DNA of 64,000 nt from Candidatus Kerfeldbacteria bacterium (GTDB lineage Bacteria > Patescibacteriota > Patescibacteriia > SBBC01 > CAIJZX01): NCBI GenBank assembly GCA_016193315.1, contig JACPSJ010000001.1, positions 471,478-535,477 on the forward strand, given 5' to 3'. The translations under genes were made by a program, and so were the position numbers. The notes under the pieces are model-generated. The model was not told the DNA's origin and did not search any database. It saw nothing but the letters and a program-made list of their open reading frames with translations. Of this stretch, positions 24,990 to 33,490 are shown in pieces (positions within the stretch are counted from its first letter, which is position 1; every line of letters begins with the position of its first letter).

Positions 24990-25772
24990 ATGAAACACAC
25001 TTCTATAGGAGTAGCCATTAGCCTGGCCGCGTTGGCAGTGTTCGCATTTGCCACCGCGGCTTCAGCCAATCACAGCTGGGGTCCGCCGTACCACTGGGCC
25101 AGGACGAGTAACCCGTTCACCCTTAAGGTTGGCGATAACGTTTCATCTAGCTGGGATTTTTATTTAGACACCGCGATCGCTGATTGGAGCCAGTCGAGTG
25201 TTCTCGACATGACGAAGGTGGCTGGCGGCACGCGACCAAAGACTTGCCGCCCGACTGCTGGTCGGGTTGAAAGCTGCAGCGCGAGGTATGGCAACACCGG
25301 CTGGCTCGGCATCGCCCAGATCTGGATCACCGGCGGCGAACACATCACCCAAGGCGTGGTGAAAGTCAACGACTATTACTTCAGCCAGCCATACTATAAT
25401 ACCGCCGGTTGGCGAAGTTTGGTGATGTGCCAGGAGCCTGGTCATACCCTAGGCCTTGGCCACCAGGACGAGAATTTCAACAACGACCCGATTCAGCCGC
25501 ACACCTGCATGGATTATTTCATCCCGGAGGCAAATGAAATTGTCCATCCGAACCAGCATGACTACGAGCAGCTGGAAGACATCTACAGCCACCTCGATAC
25601 CACCACCACGATTAGTCAAGCGGCTACCAGCCCGAGGTCATGGCAGTCAGCCCAGGCACCGCGCGAGTGGGGTCGAGAAATCCACCGTTCGCCTGATGGT
25701 CAGGCTTCAGTCTTCGTTCGTGATCTCGGTCTCGGTCGGAGGATTGTAACGCACGTCTTCTGGGCGGAATAA
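24990..25772 (+). CDS. Secreted metzincin-like (matrixin-type) metalloprotease
   Basis: Signal peptide; CQEPGHTLGLGH plus Met-turn CMDY. Confidence 0.75.
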   Translation: MKHTSIGVAISLAALAVFAFATAASANHSWGPPYHWARTSNPFTLKVGDNVSSSWDFYLDTAIADWSQSSVLDMTKVAGGTRPKTCRPTAGRVESCSARYGNTGWLGIAQIWITGGEHITQGVVKVNDYYFSQPYYNTAGWRSLVMCQEPGHTLGLGHQDENFNNDPIQPHTCMDYFIPEANEIVHPNQHDYEQLEDIYSHLDTTTTISQAATSPRSWQSAQAPREWGREIHRSPDGQASVFVRDLGLGRRIVTHVFWAE

Positions 25773-25794
25773 CGCTTCTGAGCTGAACAGTAGA

Positions 25795-25830
25795 GAAAGA
25801 ACACCCCGCTGGGGTGTTCTTTCGGTTTTT
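25795..25830. terminator. Probably bidirectional intrinsic terminator
   Basis: Perfect 13 bp stem GAAAGAACACCCC/GGGGTGTTCTTTC between convergent genes. Confidence 0.75.
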
Positions 25831-26024
25831 GACATCATTCCTTGCCTGGTTGTGATAGACTTGATGGTGTGGTTCACCAGAAGCTGATCATCTCCCTCAG
25901 CGTCGCGGCGGTTGTTGCCACGGCGGTAATACTTTTCTTTCAGGATCGTTCGTCTGAGCGCCCTGAGCAGAAGACTATACGGCAGTTTGTTCAAGTCGAC
26001 TTCATTGACTTGCGGTAGATCGGG

Positions 26025-26396
26025 TCAATCTCCAAGTTCCGGTCTGGCATGGGGCACGATTTTTCCGGTGGCGGTGAAACGTGTCGGAGCATGAAGCATT
26101 ATTTCACACCCTTCGGGCGCTTGACCGCCGATGCTCAAGGCGGCGGCCATGTCGTCCACGTCCCACCCGGACAAATCGGTGAACCGCTGGACATCGAAGT
26201 TGCTTCCTCGAAAGCCCAAGAGGTATTGACGAAACGATCGCCAGTGGGTTTCCGGTCCTTGGTATAACTGGTTCCATTCGTCACGCTCCCTTGATTCAAC
26301 CGCCAGCATCCGGATATCGAAGCCGAGGCGACGAATAAAGCAGACGGTCTCCCAGGCATTCAGTGCCTGTTCCAATCGCTCAATCACTTTTGGCAA
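26025..26396 (-). CDS. Hypothetical protein
   Basis: AGGAGGTG RBS before TTG start; own promoter upstream. Confidence 0.65.
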   Translation of the reverse strand: MPKVIERLEQALNAWETVCFIRRLGFDIRMLAVESRERDEWNQLYQGPETHWRSFRQYLLGFRGSNFDVQRFTDLSGWDVDDMAAALSIGGQAPEGCEIMLHAPTRFTATGKIVPHARPELGD

Positions 26397-26455
26397 GGTA
26401 CACCTCCTATCCGAAGTTCAACAGTGGCAGAGTACAGCAGTACCGATTCAGGCCG

Positions 26456-26484
26456 AGGCTAGCAACAAGAAGTACAAAAGTCAA
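26456..26484 (-). promoter_or_regulatory. sigma70-type promoter for minus-strand gene
   Basis: TTGACT-17 bp-TAGCCT with TGn on minus strand. Confidence 0.6.
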
Positions 26485-26664
26485 GTGCCGCTCCGGATCG
26501 ACATAATAATTATCTTGAACAACGTAGCAGGCTGATGGCAGCCGTTACTCCGCCACTACCGGGCGATCTGGGCGAGACACAGCCTGGCTCACCTCATCTC
26601 TTGTGCCCCTTCCGCCAACGCTGGTATACTCTGTGTACAATGATAATCAATTAGGTTTTTGGCC

Positions 26665-27522
26665 ATGAAGACGGTATTTTTCGCCTCGCTACTGGCCCTC
26701 CTCGCTTGGACGCAAGCCTCGGCCCAGCCGGCTTACTATTTTCAATTTTTTAATTTCGAAACCAACAATTACACCGAATCCTTCCCTTTCGGCCATTCCA
26801 ACGAGGTCGTCGTCGCCAGCCAGGGGCAGGACGTTCGGCAGCAACTGCCGATCGACTTGTCAATGTCGGTCAATGGTCAGCAAAGATGGACGTCAACTAT
26901 TGCCAACAACCCGACCCAGAACTGCCGCGGCGCGGATGGCTGCTCCACCCGCGGGCCAGTGACGGATGATCCCGGCGCGACTGCTTTCGTCGAGCTGACC
27001 GCCAAGGGTAAGGACGGTCAGACCATCGCCACTTACACCCGTGGCAACCGACCGACAAACACAGCGGTTACCAACCAGCCGACGACTTCAACAAACCGGA
27101 CCACCACCACGAACCGGACGACACCAGCCACGCCGACCACGTCAACAACCAATCGCACCACGGTCACTACCCAGCCGACGTCCACCAGCCAACAAGCGGA
27201 CACGAGCTGGCACCGGCGATGGTGGGAGGTTGGTTTCTGGGTCGGGATTTTCTGGCTCTTCCCCTGGGTCTTTGTCGGCTGGCAATGGACCAGATACAGG
27301 TTCTGGGGTTTTGGCTGGCCGTGGCCATGGTGGTTCTGGATTCCGCTGTGGTGGTTTATCCCGTGGTTTATCATCGGCTGGATCTGGTGGCTTGACTGGT
27401 GGCCGTGGTGGATGTGGTGGTGGTGGCTGTTCCCCTGGATTTTCTGGCTGTTCTGGTGGATTATCCTGTTCAAAGAAGCCATGATCTGGCATTGGCGCCA
27501 GAACCAAAGCGGGAACAGATGA
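26665..27522 (+). CDS. Secreted protein with Thr-rich linker and extremely Trp-rich C-terminal membrane domain
   Basis: Signal peptide (ASA-Q), small Cys-containing domain, T/N/P linker, 34 Trp in 96 aa. Confidence 0.8.
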   Translation: MKTVFFASLLALLAWTQASAQPAYYFQFFNFETNNYTESFPFGHSNEVVVASQGQDVRQQLPIDLSMSVNGQQRWTSTIANNPTQNCRGADGCSTRGPVTDDPGATAFVELTAKGKDGQTIATYTRGNRPTNTAVTNQPTTSTNRTTTTNRTTPATPTTSTTNRTTVTTQPTSTSQQADTSWHRRWWEVGFWVGIFWLFPWVFVGWQWTRYRFWGFGWPWPWWFWIPLWWFIPWFIIGWIWWLDWWPWWMWWWWLFPWIFWLFWWIILFKEAMIWHWRQNQSGNR

Positions 27523-27767
27523 ACGTTATTTCCCCGCCAGATAAAAACAGTTCGGTCTGGCCGGCATAGTGTTCTCTTGCCTCCCCGAACCGGATGGCGG
27601 TGGTTAGCATGGCCCGCGTGACTAAGATTTTCACGAACTACGCTCCGATCCCCGGACTAAAAATTACGGTCGTGTTTCCGGGGGGCCGTGATTTCCCTTC
27701 AATGGACAAACGCGCCTAGTTAGAATATCGTCGTTGTATGTCACCTTGGTGGCGGAAAGGACTGTTT

Positions 27768-28010
27768 ATGCCACCGTATGTGACGAAAGAACATTTCAAC
27801 GCCACTATGGATCAGTTTCGAAGAGATTTTTTTTCGAGCCATGAATTTCAGAGCACGATCAATAATCTTCCAAACGACCTGATGACAAAGATGGACGGAA
27901 CGTCTGTCATCCTTCAGCGCCTTGACCAGGAGCGCGTTTTAACGATCGAATGGATCCGCCGGATCGAAGGCGATCTATCAATGGTCAAGCAGCGTCTGAA
28001 GATAGCCTAA
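27768..28010 (+). CDS. Small coiled-coil hypothetical protein
   Basis: AAAGGA RBS; heptad-like LQRLDQER..IRRIE.DL..VK. Confidence 0.65.
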   Translation: MPPYVTKEHFNATMDQFRRDFFSSHEFQSTINNLPNDLMTKMDGTSVILQRLDQERVLTIEWIRRIEGDLSMVKQRLKIA

Positions 28011-28030
28011 GGACCGCGGCCGGTGATTTG

Positions 28031-28051
28031 GCGCCCAAGCGGGCGTTTTTT
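28031..28051 (+). terminator. Intrinsic terminator
   Basis: GCGCCC-AAGC-GGGCG followed by T-run. Confidence 0.65.
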
Positions 28052-28065
28052 GCTATACTTGGGAC

Positions 28066-29214
28066 GTGAAACCAACAACCAAAACTATTCTCATCGCAAT
28101 CCTGGTGGTGCTTATCCTCGGTGCAACAGCGTGGTGGCTTTTCTTCAACGGCAACTCAGCGGTTTCTGATCTGCCGCTGGTCAAAAACTTCCTTCAGCAA
28201 CGCGTCGATGCCGCGTTCAAGCCGGTAAACTGCCCGAATATACCACGAACCTTCCCGGCCGGCGCATATACTGGACCGCTGTATGACATGCATGTCCACA
28301 TGGCCGCCATCCCGGACGGACCGCCAGGAAGTCCGGTCGACCCGGGCGAGGGGCTGGCCCTCGGTATCAATACCTCGGTCGAGGACTACATCTGCATGAT
28401 GGACGTGGAGGGGACGCCGAAGGCCCTGGTCTTCTTTCCGGTTTGGGATCCGGTGCGCAAGCAAATGCTCGACGTGGTGAAACGAACCATGCAGAAATAT
28501 CCTGATCGTTTCATTCCGTTCATCATGCCGCCGGCCGATGACGGCTCGCCGACCGGTTTCCCGACGGTCGATGCCAAAACGCTCGAGGACATGCTCAGCG
28601 TGTATCCCGGACTGTTCCGCGGCTACGGTGAAATTGGCTTGTATGCACGCGACGGCGGCGCGCCGGAACTCAAACCTGATGCTCAGCGACTGTTGGACAT
28701 CTATCCGGTCATCCGGCAGCACAAACTCATCGCCTACTTCCACCTCGGGCAGGGGCAGAAAGACGAATTTGAAAAGATCCTCGAACAGAACCCTGGCATC
28801 ACCTTTATTTTTCACGGCGACCAGTTGGTCGAAGATGCTGGCGGCGGAGACAATTTGCAGCTGATTGATGAAATTCTGACCAATCACAAAAATGTGTATT
28901 ATGGCGTGGATGAACTCTATGGCGACGTCTGGCTGCTCCGTCGCGGAGTCAGCAAAGAAACATTCTTGACGCACCTGTCCAATCCTGAACCGTTGCTGGA
29001 GAAAGACTTGAAGACCTGGCGGGGGTTCATCGAGAAGCATCCGGACCAGGTACTATGGGACACGGATCGCGGCGGCGACGCTCGTTGGTCGCTTGATACC
29101 GATGTGGCGCTGGCGCTGAACGACTACAGCCGCATGTTTATTGGTCGGCTAAGTCCAGAGGTACAGGCGCGGTTCGCCTATCAAAATGCGGGACGACTCA
29201 TTGGTGAACGCTAG
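28066..29214 (+). CDS. Membrane-anchored amidohydrolase-superfamily protein
   Basis: N-terminal TM; DMHVH, GYGEIG, FH, HG, LWDTD, N A.RL. Confidence 0.85.
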   Translation: MKPTTKTILIAILVVLILGATAWWLFFNGNSAVSDLPLVKNFLQQRVDAAFKPVNCPNIPRTFPAGAYTGPLYDMHVHMAAIPDGPPGSPVDPGEGLALGINTSVEDYICMMDVEGTPKALVFFPVWDPVRKQMLDVVKRTMQKYPDRFIPFIMPPADDGSPTGFPTVDAKTLEDMLSVYPGLFRGYGEIGLYARDGGAPELKPDAQRLLDIYPVIRQHKLIAYFHLGQGQKDEFEKILEQNPGITFIFHGDQLVEDAGGGDNLQLIDEILTNHKNVYYGVDELYGDVWLLRRGVSKETFLTHLSNPEPLLEKDLKTWRGFIEKHPDQVLWDTDRGGDARWSLDTDVALALNDYSRMFIGRLSPEVQARFAYQNAGRLIGER

Positions 29215-29220
29215 CTCCGG

Positions 29221-29361
29221 TCCCAAATAACAAATCCCAAGGAAGCCCCAATAACCGAAATTCGAATGATCAAAATATATTTTCGAGCAAAAAGTATTTC
29301 GGTCATTTGATGATTGGTTATTCGGACTTGTTTGGAATTTGGTGCTGGGCATTTGGGATTT
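29221..29361. repeat. AT-rich imperfect inverted repeat built of degenerate ~7-nt units
   Basis: Left arm TCCCAAA-TAACAAA-TCCCAAG..., right arm ...TTTGGAA-TTTGGTG-CTGGGCA-TTTGGGA. Confidence 0.7.
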
Positions 29362-29373
29362 AATTGAGTATGT

Positions 29374-29763
29374 ATGCCAAAATCTGGAACTGTTGATGCG
29401 TACATCGCCGGCGCTCCAAAAGCAGCACGAATCATGTTGACGCAACTTCGGCGAGCGATCAAATCCGCCGCGCCAACCGCTAAAGAAGAAATAAGTTACG
29501 GCATTCCGTTTTATGAATACAAGAGTCCTGGATATAAAGGCCGCCTGGTGTACTTTGGCGCGTTTAAGAAGCACATCAGTATCTACGCCTGGGACCGGGA
29601 AGTCAACCAGCACAAAGAACTCAAGAAGTATAAGACCTCAACCGGCACGCTGCGGTTTCCGATTGGCACGAAGATACCCATGGCGCTAGTGAAAAAGGTG
29701 GTCAAAGCGCGGAGGCGAGAAATTAATCTGACCCTGAGGCCAAAAAGCAAGAGGCAATTGTGA
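29374..29763 (+). CDS. DUF1801 (YdhG-like) protein
   Basis: VDAYI...P....L..LR..I...AP.A.E.ISYGIPFY, YFGAFKKHI, GTLRFP. Confidence 0.9.
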   Translation: MPKSGTVDAYIAGAPKAARIMLTQLRRAIKSAAPTAKEEISYGIPFYEYKSPGYKGRLVYFGAFKKHISIYAWDREVNQHKELKKYKTSTGTLRFPIGTKIPMALVKKVVKARRREINLTLRPKSKRQL

Positions 29764-29974
29764 TGAACCGGGAGGGAACGTTAAGAATCTGCCAGCGCGT
29801 GGATTTTCAGCCGGCCACGATCAGGATGAGTCATCACCAGGGGTTTGGAACGGCTGGAACGGTCCGCCGCTGAGTCGGTCTAACCGCTAACCGACGGTCG
29901 AGACCACCAGCTTGCTTGGCCAGGGCAGGAGGAGTACTCTGTGAGGGATGGAGGGCCTAGCCCTTTGTTAGCTG

Positions 29975-29983
29975 TTATCCACA
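29975..29983 (+). promoter_or_regulatory. Perfect DnaA box
   Basis: TTATCCACA in intergenic DNA upstream of the adhesin gene. Confidence 0.5.
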
Positions 29984-30060
29984 TGGGGCGCTGACTTCCC
30001 GCATCAAGGACGCGCCGATTACTTCATTGGGGATTCATTTATTATATTAACTGCACGCTT

Positions 30061-31791
30061 ATGATGCATAGTCCGCAGCGCATTCTCAGGGTTGGTCTCC
30101 GCCGGGGAATCTTGGGTGTCGTCAGCTTGGGGGCACTACTTCTACTGGCAGTGGCCAGCCAGCTCGAAACCGTTCAGGCCGCGGCGTTCACCGTTAACAG
30201 TACAACCGATAGCGTGGACATCAGCCCCGGTGACGGCGCCTGTGCTGATAGTGCTGGCGATTGTTCCCTCCGCGCGGCCATTATGGAGACCAACGCGCTT
30301 CCAGGGGCCGACAGTATTACCCTGCCCGCGGGCACGTACACGATCAGCATGGCCGGAATCGGCGAGGACGCTGCTCTGAGCGGCGATCTTGATATTTCCG
30401 ACGACTTGATTGTTTCCGGCGCTGGTGCGGCCGCCAGCCTGGTTGACGGGGGCGCGATCGACCGGGTGTTTGAAATACGTCCAGGGGCGACAGTCCATCT
30501 CCGTTGGCTACGCACGCAGAACGGCGACCCGGTGGCCAATGCCGGCGGCATCCTCAATCATGGGGACCTAACCCTTACTCGCGTTACAGTCACTAACAAT
30601 ACTGGACAGAATTTTGGCGGTGGCATCGCCAACTTCGGGACGATGTCAATTGGGTATTCAACCATCAGCCACAACGACACGGTCGGTGCTAATCTGAGTG
30701 GCGGCGGAGGCGGGATCTACAATGAAGGCACGTTGACCATAACGGGTAGCACCCTAAATGATAACACCACACTTGGACGCGGTGGAGCTATCTATAACCT
30801 TGATCAAACGCTGACGTTGACTAATAGCACGCTCAGTACCAACACGGCCCTAAACGGCGGGGGCATTTTCAACCGCTTCGGAACTGTCACCAGCACCCAT
30901 CTCACCATTACTAACAACACGGCGACCGACAATGGCGGCGGCGTTTGGAACTTCGGCGGAACAATGTCATTGGGCAATACTGTCATCAGTGGGAACAGCG
31001 CCGCCACGGCTGCAGACGATTGCGCCGGCGCGATCACGTCCCTCGGATATAATCTGGCCAGCGATGCCTCCTGCGGGCTTGGCGGAACCGGCGACCTCAA
31101 CAGTACGAACCCCATGCTGGGGCCATTGGCCAACAACAGCGGTCCGACCTTCACGCACGCGCTGCTCACTGGTAGCCCAGCAATTGATGCCGTTCCCCTG
31201 ATCGCCTGCACCGTCAGCACTGATCAACGCGGCGTCCCCAGGCCGATGGGTCCAGCCTGCGATATGGGCGCGTTCGAACGAGTGGTGCCGGAGGCCTGTA
31301 ATAACGTAGCCTTTGACACCATCATTGTTGGCACGGCTGGAAATAATACACTGAACGGCGGAAATGGCCGCGACTTGATCTTCGGCCTAGGCGGTAATGA
31401 CGTGTTGAACGGCAGTAATAATGACGACTGTCTGGTCGGCGGCTCCGGCCACGATCGCCTCAATGCCAGTAATGGCAATGACTACCTTGATGGCGAGGCG
31501 GGTAATGATCGACTGCACGCCAGCAACGGTAACGACACCCTGGTTGGCGGGGACGGCCGCGATGCGCTCAGCGGCAGCAATGGGATTGATCACCTTGACG
31601 GTGGCCTGGGAAACGACACCCTCTCCGGAGGGAACGGTGATGACGTCCTGGATGGCCATGACGGCGACGACCGGTTGTTCGGAGACAACGGCTACGACAC
31701 GCTGAGTGGCGGCGCCGGTACGGACAGGCTCGACGGTGGACTGGGCATAGATTCCTGCATTGGTGAGATCGAACTGTCCTGCGAGATATAG
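30061..31791 (+). CDS. CSLREA-domain / beta-helix (choice-of-anchor Q-like) surface protein with RTX Ca-binding repeats
   Basis: FTVNST.D...CSLRAAI, GGGIYN repeats, LGPLANNSGPT.THAL..GSPAID, DQRG..R...CD.GAFE, GGxGxDxL nonapeptides. Confidence 0.9.
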   Translation: MMHSPQRILRVGLRRGILGVVSLGALLLLAVASQLETVQAAAFTVNSTTDSVDISPGDGACADSAGDCSLRAAIMETNALPGADSITLPAGTYTISMAGIGEDAALSGDLDISDDLIVSGAGAAASLVDGGAIDRVFEIRPGATVHLRWLRTQNGDPVANAGGILNHGDLTLTRVTVTNNTGQNFGGGIANFGTMSIGYSTISHNDTVGANLSGGGGGIYNEGTLTITGSTLNDNTTLGRGGAIYNLDQTLTLTNSTLSTNTALNGGGIFNRFGTVTSTHLTITNNTATDNGGGVWNFGGTMSLGNTVISGNSAATAADDCAGAITSLGYNLASDASCGLGGTGDLNSTNPMLGPLANNSGPTFTHALLTGSPAIDAVPLIACTVSTDQRGVPRPMGPACDMGAFERVVPEACNNVAFDTIIVGTAGNNTLNGGNGRDLIFGLGGNDVLNGSNNDDCLVGGSGHDRLNASNGNDYLDGEAGNDRLHASNGNDTLVGGDGRDALSGSNGIDHLDGGLGNDTLSGGNGDDVLDGHDGDDRLFGDNGYDTLSGGAGTDRLDGGLGIDSCIGEIELSCEI

Positions 31792-31848
31792 CACCCCCCA
31801 GAATGATAGGCCGGACCGATACGTGGTGGTTGTTCTGAGCGCGGTTCG

Positions 31849-32550
31849 ATGCCCAGACTGAATCAAGTCCGCGCTGAACTCCAACGCCTCAGTAAACCCA
31901 GCACGGCCAAGACCAGGCAGTGGTTTTTCCAGACCGGGCATGGCGAGTACAGCGAAGGAGATATATTTATCGGTGTCTCCGTTCCTGAGCAGCGCCGGGT
32001 CGCAAGGAAATATAGAGATTTGCCTCTGGCTGACGTCGAACGTCTGCTGCAGAGCCGATACCACGAACACCGCCTAACGGCCCTGTTCATCTTGGTCAGT
32101 CAATTCCAACGCCGCGACCAACACACACGCGAGATTATTGCCAAGCGGTATCTGCGGTGGCGGAAACAGATCAATAATTGGGATCTGGTCGATTCTTCGG
32201 CGCCCCACATCCTCGGGACATACCTACTCGACAAGCCGCGGCTGGTACTTTCGAGCCTAGCCGCTTCAAGGAACCTGTGGGAACGACGGATGTCGATCAT
32301 CGCCACGCAAACATTCATCCGCCACGGCCAGTTCCGCGATACGCTGAACTTAGCGAAAAAGCTGTTGCGCGATCCCCACGACCTAATCCATAAAGCTGTC
32401 GGCTGGATGCTTCGTGAAGTAGGAGATCGCGATCGTCCAACTGAAGAACGATTTTTGAAACGATACGCCAGGCAAATGCCCCGGACGATGCTGCGCTACG
32501 CCATTGAGAAGTTCCCGCCCGCGGGTCGTCGCCAGTATCTAGGCAGATAA
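31849..32550 (+). CDS. DNA alkylation repair enzyme (AlkD-like HEAT-repeat glycosylase)
   Basis: FFQTG.GEY.EGD.FIGV, NNWDLVD, LWERR, DLIHKAVGWMLRE.G, MPRTMLRYAIEK. Confidence 0.92.
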   Translation: MPRLNQVRAELQRLSKPSTAKTRQWFFQTGHGEYSEGDIFIGVSVPEQRRVARKYRDLPLADVERLLQSRYHEHRLTALFILVSQFQRRDQHTREIIAKRYLRWRKQINNWDLVDSSAPHILGTYLLDKPRLVLSSLAASRNLWERRMSIIATQTFIRHGQFRDTLNLAKKLLRDPHDLIHKAVGWMLREVGDRDRPTEERFLKRYARQMPRTMLRYAIEKFPPAGRRQYLGR

Positions 32551-32552
32551 AG

Positions 32553-32581
32553 TTGACAGGGGGCGCAAACCGTCGTATAAT
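32553..32581 (+). promoter_or_regulatory. Perfect consensus sigma70 promoter for infA-alpha operon
   Basis: TTGACA-17 bp-TATAAT. Confidence 0.9.
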
Positions 32582-32680
32582 CGATCAGCCACCAAGCTAG
32601 ACTTCACGACCTCGGGCAGAATTGATGACAGCTAAGCGAAAATTCTTGCCTGCCGAGTCGTCCTCGACTAAGTTTTCTTA

Positions 32681-32944
32681 ATGCGGCGAAAGCGACCAGC
32701 CTTCGTTCCGACAAGCAGCCAAGAGCCGAAGCGAGACAAGGGTTTTATCACCCTCACAGGGGTGGTCACCGAATCGCTACCAGGAGCCATGTTCCGGTTG
32801 GAACTGGAGAACGGTCACCGAGTCTTGGCTCACTTGTCTGGAAAAATGCGACTCCATCGAATGAAGATTCTGCCCGGTGACAAGGTCCAATTAGAAATCA
32901 GCCCCTACGACTTGACCAAGGGTCGAATTGTCTACCGCCTGTGA
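32681..32944 (+). CDS. infA: Translation initiation factor IF-1
   Basis: [24 protein letters not shown]...[18 protein letters not shown]. Confidence 0.97.
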   Translation: MRRKRPAFVPTSSQEPKRDKGFITLTGVVTESLPGAMFRLELENGHRVLAHLSGKMRLHRMKILPGDKVQLEISPYDLTKGRIVYRL

Positions 32945-33057
32945 AAGTCCGCTCATCAGTCAAACCAATCTGTAAAAACTGCCGCGTCATTCGCCGCGGC
33001 AAGCGGCTCTATGTCGTCTGCCCGACTAATCCGAAGCACAAACAGCGCCAAGGGTAG
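32941..33057 (+). CDS. rpmJ: 50S ribosomal protein L36 (not in supplied ORF track)
   Basis: Translated by hand: [38 protein letters not shown]; GTG start overlapping infA stop. Confidence 0.97.
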   Translation: MKVRSSVKPICKNCRVIRRGKRLYVVCPTNPKHKQRQG

Positions 33058-33093
33058 CCGAGTTCTCCGCCGCTTAAACTAGTCGTCTCTCAC

Positions 33094-33486
33094 ATGCCAG
33101 TTCTTCGCCTCGCCGGGATTAACCTGCCAGCCAAAAAACGCATCCAGGTGGCCCTAACCTATTTGTACGGCATCGGGCCAAGCTTGGCTGGAAGAATTAT
33201 TACCGCCGCCAAGATTGCTGGTAACCCGCGGGTTGAGGAATTGAATGAGACGCAGGTTGGCAAACTCCGCGAACTGATTGATAAACATCAGGTCGAGGGC
33301 GATTTAAAACGCGAAGTTCTCCTGAACATTAAACGGTTGAAAGAAATTGGTGCTTACCGGGGAATCCGGCATAGCAAAAACCTGCCGGTCCGAGGCCAGC
33401 GGACGCGAACGAATTCCCGCACGGTGCGCGGTAATGTTCGACGCACCATGGGCTCCGGTCGTCGGGCGCCAGCGGAGAAAACATAG
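33094..33486 (+). CDS. rpsM: 30S ribosomal protein S13
   Basis: RLAGINLP, ALTYLYGIG, YRGIRH..LPVRGQRTRTNSRT. Confidence 0.98.
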   Translation: MPVLRLAGINLPAKKRIQVALTYLYGIGPSLAGRIITAAKIAGNPRVEELNETQVGKLRELIDKHQVEGDLKREVLLNIKRLKEIGAYRGIRHSKNLPVRGQRTRTNSRTVRGNVRRTMGSGRRAPAEKT

Positions 33487-33490
33487 TCGT

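Noticed and set aside
27033-27507. His/Gln/Pro-rich minus-strand ORFs and the Gly-rich alternate-frame ORF
   Set aside because: They are shadows of the TGG-rich plus-strand gene, which has the signal peptide and promoter-like upstream sequence.
29221-29361. CRISPR array
   Set aside because: Units are ~7 nt, degenerate and inverted, with no repeat-spacer periodicity and no cas genes.
31835-31860. tRNA-like GGTTCGAT motif
   Set aside because: No cloverleaf, acceptor stem or CCA; it overlaps the start of the AlkD-like gene.
20110-32550. Integron cassette array
   Set aside because: Cassette-like gene content, but no intI and no repeated attC. The single GCTAAC...GTTAGC pair (29886-29972) lacks internal palindromic L boxes.
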